The notes under the pieces: generated by a model
The model's database searches: none
What the model saw: only the letters and a program-made list of their open reading frames with translations
What the model was told of the DNA's origin: nothing
NCBI RefSeq assembly: GCF_016433145.1
Contig: NC_058130.1
Location: 525,897,012 to 525,961,011 of the forward strand
Origin: Gracilinanus agilis
Lineage: Eukaryota
Reading direction: 5' to 3'
DNA length: 64,000 bases
Part shown: positions 63,914 to 64,000 of the stretch, piece by piece
Layout: every line of letters starts with the position of its first letter
Numbering within the stretch: the first letter of the stretch is position 1
Made by a program: the position numbers and the translations under genes

Positions 63914-64000
63914 CTGTGAGGTAATGCACACTCTGTAAGGTCATCATCATGCAGCAGCCCCTACCGAAGCCAGCCCAGTGCGGAGCCCGGGAGCTCCGGG
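63914..64000 (-). other. Candidate first-exon 3' end with donor CAG|gtaaat
   Basis: Good donor inside the CpG island; includes ATGATGATG (MMMTLQSVHYLT); no homology recognised. Confidence 0.3.

Larger units (their letters stand above)
63690..64000. promoter_or_regulatory. Left edge of a CpG island / probable promoter and first-exon region (gene not identified)
   Basis: Abrupt rise in GC and CpG density in an otherwise CpG-starved window; (GCC)5(GCT)4 tract; TE-free; runs off the window end. Confidence 0.8.

Noticed and set aside
63894-63955. C/D-box snoRNA-like pattern on the minus strand (GCTGC-ATGATGA...CTGA-TCAGC)
   Set aside because: Only about 62 nt, terminal stem is out of canonical k-turn register, no credible C'/D' boxes, and the apparent guide is just the U1-complementary splice donor. 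It lies in a CpG island.
1-64000. CRISPR arrays, rRNA, intact tRNA genes, intact transposase or RT ORFs
   Set aside because: None seen. tRNA-like A/B boxes occur only as SINE heads, and all LINE and DNA-transposon sequences are degenerate or non-autonomous.

Overview
AT-rich, CpG-depleted, repeat-dense marsupial genomic DNA. The SINE1_Mdo-type, MAR1-type and WALLSI4-type SINEs and the Sanger-style N gap point most likely to Monodelphis domestica (opossum); this is an inference from remembered repeat consensi. I can support no named protein-coding gene, and essentially all ORF-track entries are chance ORFs, repeat-derived, or start at non-ATG codons. Well-supported content is many CORE-SINEs, L1/L2/L3/RTE LINE relics, several hAT MITEs with TIRs and TSDs, a U6 snRNA pseudogene, a 7SL RNA pseudogene, microsatellites, and the edge of a CpG island/promoter at 63.7-64.0 kb. 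Less certain but worth testing is a chain of short minus-strand exon-like segments in TE-free patches that could be a spliced transcript running leftward from that CpG island (lncRNA or unrecognised small protein). Other notable items are a palindromic two-strand splice donor in the island, a perfect 42-bp palindrome, and a SINE carrying two nested hAT MITEs. I see no convincing evidence of a new biological system. Repeat boundaries are approximate (tens of bp) unless a TIR or TSD is quoted.
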